DNA from: Octopus sinensis
Taxonomy: Eukaryota
Direction of reading: 5' to 3'
Assembly: GCF_006345805.1 (NCBI RefSeq)
Contig: NC_043005.1
Coordinates: 91,016,001 to 91,080,000, forward strand
DNA: 64,000 nucleotides
Positions 1-13,141 of the stretch are shown piece after piece. Position 1 is the first letter of the stretch. Every line of letters starts with the position of its first letter. The position numbers and the translations under genes are program-made. The notes below the pieces were generated by a model. The model did no database searches. It was given only the letters and a program-made list of their open reading frames with translations, and was not told the origin of the DNA.

Positions 1-1363
1 AATTTTTGCTTATTTAGAAGAAGCTGAGTAGATTCATTCATTTTTATGTCTGTTTCTCCACATTAGCATAGGTTGAATGAATATATTATTCTGGCATTGT
101 TTTACAGCCAGTTGCCCTTCCTGTCACCAACCCATACCTGTTTTACAAGTTAGGGATGTCTTATCTCGTATGTCTTTGAAGATGCAAAGTCTATAAATGA
201 CCTGTTGAGAGGGAAAAAGACAGCAACATCACTGCATGTATATGTTGGGCTTCTTTCAGTTACTCTCTTACTCTTTCTCTTTTACTTGTTTCAGTCATTT
301 GACTGTGGCCATGCTGGAGCACCACCTTTAGTCGAGCAAACTGATCCCAGCCTAGTGCTTATTCTATCGGTCTCTTTTGCCAAACCGCTAAGTTACAGGG
401 ACGTAAACACACCAACATCGGTTGTCAAGCAATGTTGGGGGGGACAAACACAGACATACAAACGTATACACACACATGCATACATATATATACATATATA
501 CGACTGACTTCTTTCAGTTTCCGTCTACCAAATCCACTCACAAGGCTTTGGTTGACCCGAGGCTATAGTAGAAGACACTTGCCCAAGGTGCCACGCAGTG
601 GGACTGAACCCAGAACCATGTGGCTGGTAAGCAAGCTACTTACCACACAGCCACTCCTGCACCTAAATCAGCCATGCCTGTCAACTAAGTCCTCTCATAA
701 TATTTTGATTGGCTCAGGACTATAACAGAAAACCTTTTCCTGTGCCATTCAATAAAACTAAACATAATACATGAGGTTCAGAAACAAACGTCTTAAACAT
801 GCAGCCATCCTGAGCCTTAATATACTGAACAAACAAAAAAAAAAAATACTAAATGAAACAAGCATTAAAACTGCACATCAAAATTGTCCCAACATAACCA
901 CACCCAACTCCAACACACTAATACCATCTAAAACACCACCACTCCTTGCAACCCCAATACAAGTGAGCCAACAATAGTCTTTATTTGGTTACTCATGGTG
1001 CTAGAAATAGCAGCCAAATCTCATTCAAATCACAGCCTACCATCTTGTATAATGTATGCTTGAGAAAAGAAAAAAAAGAGATGCATTGATAACCTGTTGA
1101 CAAAGAAAAAGACAGTAACGTCACAACATGCAAACACGTGGGCTTCTTATAGTCTCGGTCTACCAAATCCACTCACAAGGCTTTAATTGGCCCAGAACAA
1201 TAGTAGAAAATTCTTGCCCATGCCTTCTAATAAGACCGAACGTGATCCGCAAAGTACAGAAGCAAATACTTTCAATCATAGGACTTCTTCATCAAGTTTG
1301 ACTTGGGGTTAAACCACAACACCCAACCCCATTGCACCCACCATTGTCCCTATTAGAACTTAC

Positions 1364-1482
1364 CTTATCAATCTTGTTGCCTACGAGCATCTTGACCAGG
1401 TCGTGTTTAGTGGCAAAGGTTTCCAATTCATTCAGCCAGGCATCAAGTTTGCTGAATGACTGTTTACTGCACACATCATAAA
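1364..1482 (-). CDS. RAB18: Rab18 coding exon 5 ((V)YDVCSKQSFSKLDAWLNELETFATKHDLVKMLVGNKIDK); gene continues beyond position 1
   Basis: Acceptor TTTTGTTTCAG|TT, donor AAG|GTAAGT; 119 nt; G4 motif NKID; overlaps ORF 1292..1474. Confidence 0.96.
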
Positions 1483-1797
1483 CTGAAACAAAAATATGGA
1501 GAAACTGTAGAGTTCAATAAGTTAGCAATAGACAGAACCAGCCCACATTTGTGGTTAATAATAATCCTTTCTACTAAAGGCACAAGGCCTGAAATTTTGC
1601 AGGTTGGGGACTAGTTGATTACACCGACTCCACTGTTTCACTGGTACTTAATTTATCGACCCTGAAAGGATAAAAGGCAAAGTCAACCTTGGCGGAATTT
1701 GAACCCAGAACATGAAGACAGACAAAATACTGCTAAGCATTTTGCCCGGTGTACTAATCATTCTGCCAGCTCGCTATCTATTATTATTATTATTATT

Positions 1798-2323
1798 GAG
1801 TGAGAGAGCAGTGCATGCCATCAAAGTGACACTGGGGTAAAATATACGAAGCCCAGTATACCCATCATGACTACCCGTCTGATAAGGGTACACCAGGCAC
1901 ATGCATCACAACCACATGTGCGCGACATGGTGATCTCATATCAAGATAAACAGCACATGACCTTGCAGGTGGGGCCCAGTTAGAAATTTCTTCAGGTTGA
2001 GTGCCCATCCCGCTCAAAAGGTCCCTGAATAAGGGTTGTTTAAGGATGTTGAAAGAACCACCCATGTTTCCAGAGGTGAATTATTCAAACCCCAAAGAAT
2101 CCCTCTCAACACATGGCTATGATGCTCCCCCACTACTTCTGCTCGTGATCAGAGATGCACATATCGTCAGCCACTAAGGGACATGCTCAGCTGGTTAAAG
2201 TCAAACAACTGACAAGCAAATCTGTGGTATTGAGCAGAATATTTGCTGTAGCCCATCTTTTATACCAAGACAAAACAATGTACATGATAACACTTCCAAT
2301 CAGTTAAGATCAGAAGCCATGAG
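1798..2323. mobile_element. ~525-bp insertion within an (ATT)n tract; family not identified
   Basis: GC-richer block flanked on both sides by (ATT)n; absent from the duplicated copy of the same tract at 2580-2695. Confidence 0.55.
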
Positions 2324-2919
2324 ATTATTATTATTATTATTATTATCATTATTATTATTATTATAATGGTTTCAAATTTTGCCACAAGGGCAGCCATTTT
2401 TGAAAGAAGGGATAAGATGATTACAACTATACCAGTGTTTTACTGGTACTTAATTATCAATCCTGAAAAGATAAAAGACAAAGTCAACCTTGGCGGAATT
2501 TGAACCCAGAACATGAAGACAGACAAAATACTGCTAAGCATTTTGCCCGGTGTACTAATCATTCTGCCAGCTCGCTATCTATTATTATTATTATATTATT
2601 ATTATTATATTATTATTATTATTATATTATTATTATTATTATATTATTATTATTATATTATTATTATTATCATTATCATTATTATTATTATTATAATGGT
2701 TTCAAATTTTGCCACAAGGGCAGCCATTTTTGAGAGAAGGGATAAGATGATTACAACTACACCAGTGTTTTACTGGTACTTAATTTATCAATCCTGAAAA
2801 GATAAAAGACAAAGTCAACCTTGGCAGAAGTTGAATGTGAAAACAAACAAAATATTGCTAAGCATTTCACCTGGTATGCTAATGATTCTGCCAACTCACT
2901 GTCTATAATAATAATAATA

Positions 2920-3005
<86 letters not shown>

Positions 3006-3515
3006 GTTTCAAATTTTGCCACAAGGGCAGCCATTTTTGGGAGAGAGGATATCCTGGTGTGCTAACAATTCTGCCAGCTTGCTGCCTATTATAATAATAA
3101 TAATAATAATATAATAATAATAATAATAATAACAATAAAAAGCACCAACCAATCATGAACATTGCCAGCCTCCTCTGGCCCCTGTGCCAGTGGCACATAA
3201 AAAGCACACACTACACTCACAGAGTGGTTGATGTTAGGAAGGGCATCCAGCTGTAGAAACACTGCCAGATCAGACTGGAGCCTGGTGCAGCCTCCTGGCT
3301 TCCCAGACCCCGGTCGAACTGTCCAACCCATACCAGCATGGAAAAATGGACGTTAAACGATGAATAATAATAATAATAAATAATAATAATAATAATGGTG
3401 TGGCAATAGTAAATAAACCACAAGATATAACTGTCAAACCAAGACAGAATACTTTATGTAGTCATTCACACTAAAAGAAATAGCAACCAAATCTCCTCCT
3501 TAGTACACTGCTATT

Positions 3516-3741
3516 TTAAACCTATGGCATTCCGATTACTCTCTCAAATGTAAGGTTTATTTATTCACATTTAAAAAAAAAATTTATCATGTATTATCTC
3601 AAAGCTTCGAGATTTTGATGACGTAATTATTTATTGAATGATATTGTTGGGCAGGTGTGAGGGGCTAGATCTGGCCAGTTTAAACATAAACAGGTGAAAT
3701 ATTTTGGTCAGATATGGTCAGTTTAAATGCTAAAGAGTTAA
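3516..3741. mobile_element. TTAA-flanked MITE (piggyBac-like ends)
   Basis: TTAAACCTATGGCATT ... AATGCTAAAGAGTTAA imperfect inverted termini. Confidence 0.45.
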
Positions 3742-4197
3742 AAAAAAGAATGGTGTATTGGGTATGTACAAGGACAAAAGATAGGATAACCATTCCTAGA
3801 ATCCTGTTGATCATAGGTCTGCTTCATCAGGGTTGGATTGGAATAGGTATAGTATATGAAAATATTGCCATATTCTATTACAGATTATAATATATTACAA
3901 ATATCTTATGACAATCAGTTATTAAATGAGATCAAAATAAAATGGTAGCTAGTCCTATAACTAACTTTATTGGATCATTTGGACAACACAGAGGATCCAG
4001 TCTATATCTAGTGATTCAGTGGAATGATTGTTTTTTTCACTGTTTCTCCATGCTAACAAAGTTTTGTAATCAACACAGCAGGCTAATGAAATACTGAGTT
4101 GTATAGCATTGCAACTACTTTCATGAGGGAACTATACCACACTGTTGTATCTACTTAAAGCTAAGTTAACACCACCCCTATCATGCACCAATCAACA

Positions 4198-4510
4198 GGT
4201 TGTCTAGTACCCTGTCAACCACTATCCATTGGTCGTCTGGTACCTTAATCACTGACCACCAATTGTGCAGTACCCTATCAACACTGGCCAAGGATTGTGT
4301 AGTACCTTATCAAAAAATTGTGTATTACCCTATCAAAATCTGACCACTGGTTGTTTAGTATCTATACACTACTGTCTGATACTCTATAAGGCCCAGACCA
4401 CTGGCTGTCTGGTACTTTAACTACTGACTGGTGCCTGTCTGGTACTTGAATAACCACTCATAGTCTAGCACTCAATTAACAACTGAATGCTGGTTGTCAG
4501 TCACCTTATA
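4198..4510. repeat. Old degenerate ~23-33-bp tandem repeat (~11 units; GGTTGTCTAGTACCCTATCAACACTGACCACT-like)
   Basis: Recurrent TGT(C/G)T(A/G)GTAC core and GACCAC motif at roughly 30-bp spacing. Confidence 0.65.
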
Positions 4511-5259
4511 ACAAAAAAAGGTGAAGATGAAAAGATACACAATAATTCAGTCTTCATTTGTGGTGACAGAATTAAGGATTGCCATTCTTGGATAGGTATA
4601 CACAATCATTGAATACAATGTGCCCATATAATGAGGCACAGAAAGAAGGAAAAGAAAAGAAAAGAAAAGAAATTTCCACTGTTTCCATAGTTTCCTAAAA
4701 TGGACAAAAGCCAACAATGACATTTGTTTCCATAACCAGGACCCTAATTCTCAATACTCAGAGCCTTAGTAGATTTAATCTCTGTAGATAGCTGATTGGT
4801 AAAACTGATAAGTCATTTTTAGCATGTATTGCTGAGTTCAATTCCTAACAAGGAGATATATGCCTTTGTTACTCTGCCATATCCAGGGAAAGATATGTAA
4901 CATCTGTTAACACCACAACAGCTAGAGATAAAAACATACCCTGCAGAGTGCAGATTAGTGGGGAAACAAACTGTATGGAGTAGATTTAGTTGACTTTTAT
5001 TTACCCTTGAGAATATCAGAATTGTATCTAGTTAAAAGAATACAGTGAGTCTTGAATACTAGGAGAGGATTGACACCTTTTATACAAACTGGTATTTATT
5101 TTATCAACCTATGAAGGATAAAAAAGCAAAGTTGAGATCACCAGAAGTTGAATACAGAATGTAAAAGGTCATAATAAAATATCACTAGGTATTTTGTCAG
5201 AGACTCTACCAATTATAATATTGGCCAATGTAATAATGCCAAAGTTAAGAAAAGAATCT

Positions 5260-5733
5260 CTGTTCTGACCCCCTTCGGTCATGAATGACCATGGGATTGC
5301 ACCTAGAAAGTTACCCTCCAAGGCACAAGTCTGGGCAAGGTTGTTTATGGAAGACCAGCAGTTGCCCATGCATACAGGTCTCCCCTCTCCACACCACCGA
5401 TGTTATCCAAGGGAAAGTCAAAGGCCGATACAGCTTGGCACCAGTGACGTCGCAGCTCATTTATTAACGTGCAAGTGGCTGAGCACTCCACAGACACGTG
5501 TACCATTAAGGTTGGCCCTTTGAAATACAGGTACAACAGAAACAGGGAGAAAGATTGAGAGAAAGTTGTGGTGAAAGAGTACAGCAGGGTTCACCACCAC
5601 ACCCTGCCGGAGCATCGTGGAACTTTAGGCGTTTTCGCTCAATAAACACTCACAATGCCCGGTCTGGGAATCGAAACCGCAATCCTACGACCGCAAGTCC
5701 GCTGCCATAACCACTGGGCCATTGCGCCTCCAC
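5260..5733 (-). mobile_element. tRNA-derived SINE family C; related heads at 62610-62780 (-) and 17470-17700 (+)
   Basis: Minus strand GGAGGCGCAATGGCCCAGTGGTTA..GGTTTCGATTCCCAGACCGGGC with A and B boxes. Confidence 0.75.
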
Positions 5734-5788
5734 TAAGAAAAGAATAAATATCAATAAATTAAAAGGAGAAAGTGTGCAAATATCTTAC

Positions 5789-5861
5789 CAAGAATAACAC
5801 CTTGTGCACCTCTGTAATAGCTTGGAGTTAAAGTGCGAAATCTTTCTTGACCAGCAGTGTC
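5789..5861 (-). CDS. RAB18: Rab18 coding exon 4 ([24 protein letters not shown](V))
   Basis: Acceptor ATTTACAG|GAC, donor G|GTAAGA; 73 nt; G3 motif DTAGQE and Rab18-type [13 protein letters not shown]. Confidence 0.97.
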
Positions 5862-6330
5862 CTGTAAATATCACCAGGCATAGAATGTATACAATGGTTC
5901 AATAAGGAATAACTGGAAAACATCAGACAGGTATAAATAAATTCATGTAGTACAGAAGCTTGAGCCACCAACCACAAATACTATACTGATTATGCCTACA
6001 ATACATTTGATCACACGTATAAACTGCAGTGATAAATCTAATCAATCACAGACACTTTAACACACCAGCTTACCATCTTATATAAACTATGTAACTATGA
6101 TCATAAAAAATTCATCAATTTTGCACTGCACCCTCTACCTGCAGCTAGGTGAGTTGGGTCATTAAGAGTTGAACATAATAGCCATTGATACAGTATAGGA
6201 CTAGTAAGAGGACACAAACCACTGACCCCCCACCCACTGCCCTAGCCTCTTGGCTGCTATCCAATCCCTTAACAACTCATCATCCACAGCTATCTTACTA
6301 CAACTATACCGGCCTTAGCTCCCCTCAATT

Positions 6331-9300
6331 TCTGGCCCTCACTCTCTATACTTCTGGCCTTCACTCTCTATACTTCTGGCCTTCGCTCTCTATACCTCTG
6401 GCCTTCGCTCTCTATACCTCTGGCCTTCGCTCTCTATACCTCTGGCCTTCACTCTCTATACCTCTGGCCTTCACTCTCTATACCTCTGGCCTTCACTCTC
6501 TATACTTCTGGCCTTCACTCTCTATACCTCTAGCCTTCACTCTCTATACCTCTGGCCTTCACTCTCTATACCTCTGGCCTTCACTCTCTATACCTCTGGC
6601 CTTCACTCTCTATACCTCTGGCCTTCACTCTCTATACCTCTGGCCTTCACTCTCTATACCTCTGGCCTTCACTCTCTATACTTCTGGCCTTCGCTCTCTA
6701 TACTTCTGGCCTTCGCTCTCTATACCTCTGGCCTTCACTCTCTATACTTCCGGCCTTCACACTCTATACTTCCGGCCTTCACTCTCTATACTTCCGGCCT
6801 TCACTCTCTATACTTCAGGCCTTCACTCTCTATACTTCTGGCCTTCACTCTCTATACCTCTGGCCTTCACTCTCTATACCTCTGGCCTTCACTCTCTATA
6901 CTTCTGGCCTTCACTCTCTATACTTCTGGCCTTCACTCCCTATACCTCTGGCCTTCACTCTCTATACCTCTGGCCTTCACTCTCTATACTTCTGGCCTTC
7001 ACTCTCTATACCTCTAGCCTTCACTCTCTATACTTCTGGCCTCACTCTCTATACCTCTGGCCTTCACTCTCTATACCTCTGGCCTTCACCTCTATACCTC
7101 TGGCCTTCACTCTCTATACTTCTGGCTTCACTCTCTATACCTCTGGCCTTCACTCTCTATACCTCTGGCCTTCACTCTCTATACCTCTGGCCTTCGCTCT
7201 CTATACTTCAGACCTTCGCTCTCTATACTTCTGGCCTTCGCTCTCTATACTTCTGGCCTTCACTCTCTATACCTCCGGCCTTCACTCTCTATATTTCGGC
7301 CTTCACTCTATACTTCCGGCCTTCACTCTCTATACTTCTGGCTTTCACTCTCTATACCTCTGGCCTTCACTCTCTATACCTCTGGCCTTCACTCTCTATA
7401 CCTCTGGCCTTCACTCTCTATACCTCTGGCCTTCACTCTCTATACTTCTGGCCTTCACTCTCTATACTTCTGGACTTCACTCTCTATACCTCTGGCCTTC
7501 ACTCTCTATACTTCTGGCCTTCACTCTCTATACTTCTGGCCTTCACTCTCTATACCTCTGGCCTTCACTCTCTATACTTCTGGCCTTCACTCTCTATACC
7601 TCTGGCCTTCACTCTCTATACTTCTGGCCTTCACTCTCTATACTTCTGGCCTTCACTCTCTATACTTCTGGCCTTCACTCTCTATACTTCTGGCCTTCAC
7701 TCTCTATACCTCTGGCCTTCACTCTCTATACCTCTGGCCTTCACTCTCTATACCTCTGGCCTTCACTCTCTATACCTCTGGCCTTCACTCTCTATACTTC
7801 TGGCCTTCACTCTCTATACTTCTGGCCTTCACTCTCTATACTTCTGGCCTTCACTCTCTATACCTCTGGCCTTCACTCTCTATACTTCTGGCCTTCACTC
7901 TCTATACTTCTGGACTTCACTCTCTATACTTCTGGCCTTCACTCTCTATACCTCTGGCCTTCACTCTCTATACTTCTGGCCTTCACTCTCTATACCTCTG
8001 GCCTTCACTCTCTATACCTCTGGCCTTCACTCTCTATACTTCTGGCCTTCACTCTCTATACCTCTGGCCTTCACTCTCTATACTTCTAGCCTTCACTCTC
8101 TATACTTCTGGCCTTCACTCTCTATACCTCTGGCCTTCACTCTCTATACCTCTGGCCTTCACTCTCTATACCTCTGGCCTTCACTCTCTATACCTCTGGC
8201 CTTCACTCTCTATACTTCTGGCCTTCACTCTCTATACTTCTGGACTTCACTCTCTATACTTCTGGCCTTCACTCTCTATACCTCTGGCCTTCACTCTCTA
8301 TACCTCTGGCCTTCACTCTCTATACTTCTGGCCTTCACTCTCTATACCTCTGGCCTTCACTCTCTATACCTCTGGCTTCACTCTCTATAACCTCTGGCCT
8401 TCACTCTCTATACCTCTGGCCTTCACTCTCTATACCTCTGGCCTTCACTCTCTATACTTCTGGCCTTCACTCTATATACCTCTGGCCTCACTCTCTATAC
8501 TTCTGGCCTTCACTCTCTATACTTCTGGACTTCACTCTCTATACTTCTGGACTTCACTCTCTATACCTCTGCCTTCACTCTCTATACCTCTGGCCTTCAC
8601 TCTCTATATACTTCTGGCCTTCACTCTCTATACTTCTGGCCTTCACTCTCTACTTCTGGCCTTCACTCTCTATACCTCTGGCCTTCGCTCTCTATACTTC
8701 TGGCCTTCGCTCTCTATACCTCTGACCTTCACTCTCTATACCTCTGTGTTTCACTCTCTATACTTCTGGCCTTCACTCTCTATACTTCTGGCCTTCACTC
8801 TCTATACCTCTGGCCTTCACTCTCTATACCTCTGGCCTTCACTCTCTATACTTCTGGCCTTCACTCTCTATACTTCTGGCCTTCACTCTCTATACCTCTG
8901 GCCTTCACTTTCTATACCTCTGGCCTTCACTCTCTATACTTCTGGCCTTCACTCTCTATACCTCTGGCCTTCACTCTCTATACCTCTGGCCTTCACTCTC
9001 TATACCTCTGGCCTTCACTCTCTATACCTCTGGCCTTCACTCTCTATACTTCTGGCCTTCACTCTCTATACCTCTGGCCTTCACTCTCTATACCTCTGGC
9101 CTTCACTCTCTATACTTCTGGCCTTCACTCTCTATACCTCTGGCCTTCACTCTCTATACTTCTGGCCTTCACTCTCTATACTTCTGGCCTTCACTCTCTA
9201 TACCTCTGGCCTTCACTCTCTATACCTCTGGCCTTCACTCTCTATACTTTTGGCCTTCACTCTCTATACTTCTGGCCTTCACTCTCTATACCTCTGGCCT

Positions 9301-9440
9301 TCACTCTCTATACTTCTGGCCTTCACTCTCTATACTTCTGGACTTCACTCTCTATACTTCTGGCCTTCACTCTCTATACCTCTGGCCTTCACTCTCTATA
9401 CCTCTGGCCTTCACTCTCTATACCTCTGGCCTTCACTCTC
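6331..9440. repeat. 22-bp minisatellite, ~140 copies, consensus C(C/T)TCTGGCCTTCACTCTCTATA
   Basis: Directly visible tandem array; ORFs 6185..8089 and 8746..9450 have a 22-aa period (3 units). Confidence 0.98.
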
Positions 9441-9836
9441 CTCAATCTGAAACTTCTATACTTCCCATTTAAACACACTCACTTCATTCACATCTTACAT
9501 GTTATATGAAAATACTAAGTTCCACAGAATTGCATCTTTTTGGAACTTCCACACCATCCATGTCTTATCCAACACATTCAAACCTACAACAATTCATATT
9601 AAATAATCTACACTGACCTCATTCAGTTTTCCCCCTTAGATCTCTTAGGGTAATCTAAGAAGGCATTAAGCCTTGCTCTTCATATTAACAAACAAGAATC
9701 ATCTGATATAAATTTACCAGTTCTCATATTACAAAATTAACAATAGATATGCATGCTTGACAAACGTAAATAGGAGAAATAGCAAAATAGCAAACTGCAC
9801 TACTAGAAGGAAAGCCAGCATTAGTTTCTTACTCAC

Positions 9837-9898
9837 CCAGATGGCAAGCTTTGCTTTATTTCCATCCACTGCCAAAGTCTTAACTTTGAAGTCAACAC
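9837..9898 (-). CDS. RAB18: Rab18 coding exon 3 ((G)VDFKVKTLAVDGNKAKLAIW)
   Basis: Acceptor TTTTGACAG|GT, donor TGG|GTGAGT; 62 nt; RabF1/RabF2 motifs IGVDF and KLAIW. Confidence 0.96.
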
Positions 9899-10813
9899 CT
9901 GTCAAAATATGTTATTCTAGTCAGTTAAAATATCAACAGGAACAGAAGAAAGAGACTATTCAGTTAGTCTGCCTATTTGTTGATGTGTGTGTGTGTGTGT
10001 GTGTGTGATTTTTGAAGTCTATTTTCCATGTTGGCATTGGTTAAACGTGTGTGTGTGTATATATATGTGTGTGTGTGTGTGTGTGTGCATACATACATAC
10101 ACACAATTATATTGATACAAATACGTGCACGCTTGTGTGTGTGTCTTTGTAGGTGAACACAGTGTAAACTAGAAGAGTGTTCAATACAGATGTTATATCA
10201 TATTTACTGGAAGCTAAAAGCTTCATGGATCATTATTCTTGCTTCCATTTTAAAGATGATAATGATGAACAGAACAAGGAAAGAAACCATACATAAGCAA
10301 GAAAAAAGCATGCACACAATTACATTGTATATAAAACATTAAAAATGCAAACTGCTCAAGGAAATTAACAATAAAATATAAAATGTTTAATGCTGCTGAT
10401 AATGAATCATTATGATAAAGCTCATCATCATTGTTTCACATAAGTTTTCCATTGGACAGGTCATGGCAGTTCAAGTCAGCTCCTATTTAGAGTTACTTCA
10501 TTTCTAGAGAAATCAGAAGACCATGTCTTGCTCATATGTTTTCAGTTTTAGCTTTTTTCTATGGCTATAAATGTACGTGAAATGCGTAGCTGTATTTCGT
10601 CTACCGTTACATTCTGAGTTCAAATTCCGCCAAGGTCGATTTTGCCTTTCATCCTTTTGGGGTCGATAAATAAAGTACCAGTTACGCACTGGGGTCAATG
10701 TAATCAACTTAATCCCTTTGTCTGTCTTTGTTTGTCCCCTCTATGTTTAGCCCCTTGTGGGCAATAAAGAAATATATAAAAGTACATTTCATTTCCAACT
10801 TGATTTACATATA

Positions 10814-11687
10814 TACGAGATCTGATAAAAAGTATTTGGACTGTTGCCATAGTTACAAAGTTAAAGCATGCAGAGTGAAGCAGCTTAGCACAGATTGACC
10901 TTGAACTCTGTTGTACATGCACACTAAGTTTTAACATTCTAGCTCACAGCAATGCTTGGTAGGAAGGTGCGTAGCATGTGATCATCACATTGACCATGAC
11001 AGAGTAAGTTGCCATGGTGATACCTGATCAGGGGCCTACGCAAAGTTACAGAAAGTGTATGGAGAGGAGTGTATGAGCCACACACAAGTGTACAAGTGGT
11101 TCAGATGTTTCCAAGATGGCCAAAAATGTTGATATTGATGAATGTTCTGAGAGACCCGCAACCAGCATAATTGAGAAAAACATTGCAGATGTGTGTGCAG
11201 CTGAGTGGGGAACTTGTTGAATCACCAGTTGTGAGTTATCAGAGGATGTGCAGATTAGTTATGGTTCACTTGAGTCTATTATCACTGAAGATTTGGATAT
11301 GAGACATGTGTCTGCCAAGTTTGTACCAAAACTGTTTTCAGCTGACCAAATGGACACTGAGGTTTCAGTTGCACAAGATCTCTCTGATTGTGTCAAGAAC
11401 AATGAAAACTTTTTGTGTAGGCCTCTGAGTAGGTATCACCAAACTTTTGACAAAATTTGATGCAGATTCTCTACTCAACTTTGTCTGTCATGGTCAATGC
11501 GACGATCATACACTACACACTTTCCTTCCAAGCACTGCTGTAAACAGCAGAAGTGAGATAGAATTTTAAAACTTAGTGCTCATGCACAGCAGAGTTCAAG
11601 GTCAATCTTTGCCAAGCAGCTTAACTCTCCATGATTTAGCTTCATTTCTATAGCAACAGTCTGGATACTTATTGATCAGACCACATA
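10814..11687 (+). mobile_element. Internally deleted mariner element with long TIRs
   Basis: TA-flanked ~200-bp inverted ends; HTH remnants KVYGEECMSHTQVYKWF and ISYGSLESIITEDLDMRHVSAKFVPKL. Confidence 0.85.
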
Positions 11688-12009
11688 TATTTATCTATAT
11701 GTATACATACTAATATATAAATATATAATATAATTATATATTAGTATAAATTGTTACCTATATGGTTTTATTACATGCTGGTCACTTAATAAAATCATTA
11801 AAATGATTTATCTTTAATTTTGTATAAATACATATTTTTACTCCTGATCAAATTACATTCACTGTGATATCATTTTGATTGTAAAAGCATGTGGTTGAGA
11901 TATTAAACAATTAGATTTAACTAGTGTATACTTGTATGTATATAATCATGCGGATAAATGTTGTTCGTACGGGTATGTATAAATATTTGCATTTATATAC
12001 TATGGGCAT

Positions 12010-12066
12010 ATTGTACTGATGACAACAAAGGATTTCACAACCCTAAGCCAGAAATTGATCTACAAT
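12010..12066 (+). ncRNA. Degenerate hammerhead motif
   Basis: ATTGTA-CTGATGA-(28 nt, eroded stem II)-GAAA-TTG-ATC-TACAAT; 6-bp stem I intact. Confidence 0.45.
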
Positions 12067-12392
12067 TAATCGCTTTTAAAAAATTTTATTCATTTATTCA
12101 TCTGCCCGCTTACAATCTGTGCTAACAGAGTGTAGAGGTGGTTTTTAGAGCCATTTGGCATCTATTTCTAGCATGTTGGTGGGGTTTATCCACACCCTTT
12201 AATATAATTATATAATAGTATAAATTGTTATCTGTACGTTTTCATTACATGCTGGCCACTAGATAAAATTACTAAAATGGTTTTATCCTTAATTTTGTGT
12301 ACATATGTATATATATATCGCCATGTTGATTCGTTAGCTACTGCACGCATTTTTTTTCTCTCCTTCTTTCTGTGTTTTTCTCTCTCTGTGTA

Positions 12393-12430
12393 TCTTTCTG
12401 TTGAAGAGCGTAGGCTCGAAACGTTAAAGA
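12393..12430 (+). ncRNA. Variant minimal hammerhead-like motif
   Basis: TCTTT-CTGTTGA-A-GAGCGTAGGCTC-GAAAC-GTT-AAAGA; palindromic AACGTT stem III; non-canonical core (A6 to U, one extra A). Confidence 0.5.
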
Positions 12431-13141
12431 CTTGTTTTATTTATATTTCCTGAGCGCCATACTAATACAATTGTTCGTTTGTTTTCCACCTGCCTTCGTC
12501 TTTTGTTTATTTTCATAAAGCTTCCCGTTATATATATATATATATATACACAAACACACACACAGAGTGGTGAGAGACAAATGGATAGTTCAAAACATCA
12601 CTACACACAGTTCAATAGTGTGGTTTATTCTCAAATATGAAATCCTTAACATATTAGATAACATAACATAAATTCGTATTGTTATGTAACCACTCCATTT
12701 CATCAGGTGATATTCTGCCAAATAATTTGGCAAAATATGAGGGAAGAGATTTCTATAACCAAACAGAATGAAACAAGAATTTTCAACAAAGGCTGGAGAT
12801 ATTAAATTCAGTGACTAACCAAAGCAACACAATTCCAAAAGCAACTAAAGTAATCTATGCTTATCCTGGAGGGGGGTGCTCAAATGGCCATATTCAATTC
12901 AGCTAAGAGAGATCTACAACTATTTAATCTGCATGGACCACTATACTGACCAGCTGAATCACCTGGAATATTTTCTTTCAGAATAATCTGTTTAGGAAAA
13001 GACATTGTGATGCTTCTAAGTTAATTTGCCAAGATCTATATGATCCCCTCTGTATTACTATTTTATATATATATATATATATATATTAGAAATATTAAAT
13101 TTCTAAGTATATCTCAGAGAGATATGAGTGGTGGTGGAACG

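Noticed and set aside
1292-1363. Alternative Rab18 C-terminus by intron 5 read-through (..GCNGVGCCGLTPSQT)
   Set aside because: Strong donor AAG|GTAAGT; read-through would lose the G5 motif and the cysteines are not in a terminal prenylation position
5640-5733. tRNA genes (also 31404, 59686, 61438)
   Set aside because: A and B boxes are present but there is no complete cloverleaf; they continue into SINE bodies
6331-9440. CRISPR array
   Set aside because: Head-to-tail units with no unique spacers, no cas genes, eukaryotic context
6185-9450. 634-aa and 234-aa ORFs as a repetitive protein gene
   Set aside because: Translation of a stop-poor 22-bp minisatellite; non-ATG starts, indels shift frames freely, antisense within a Rab18 intron
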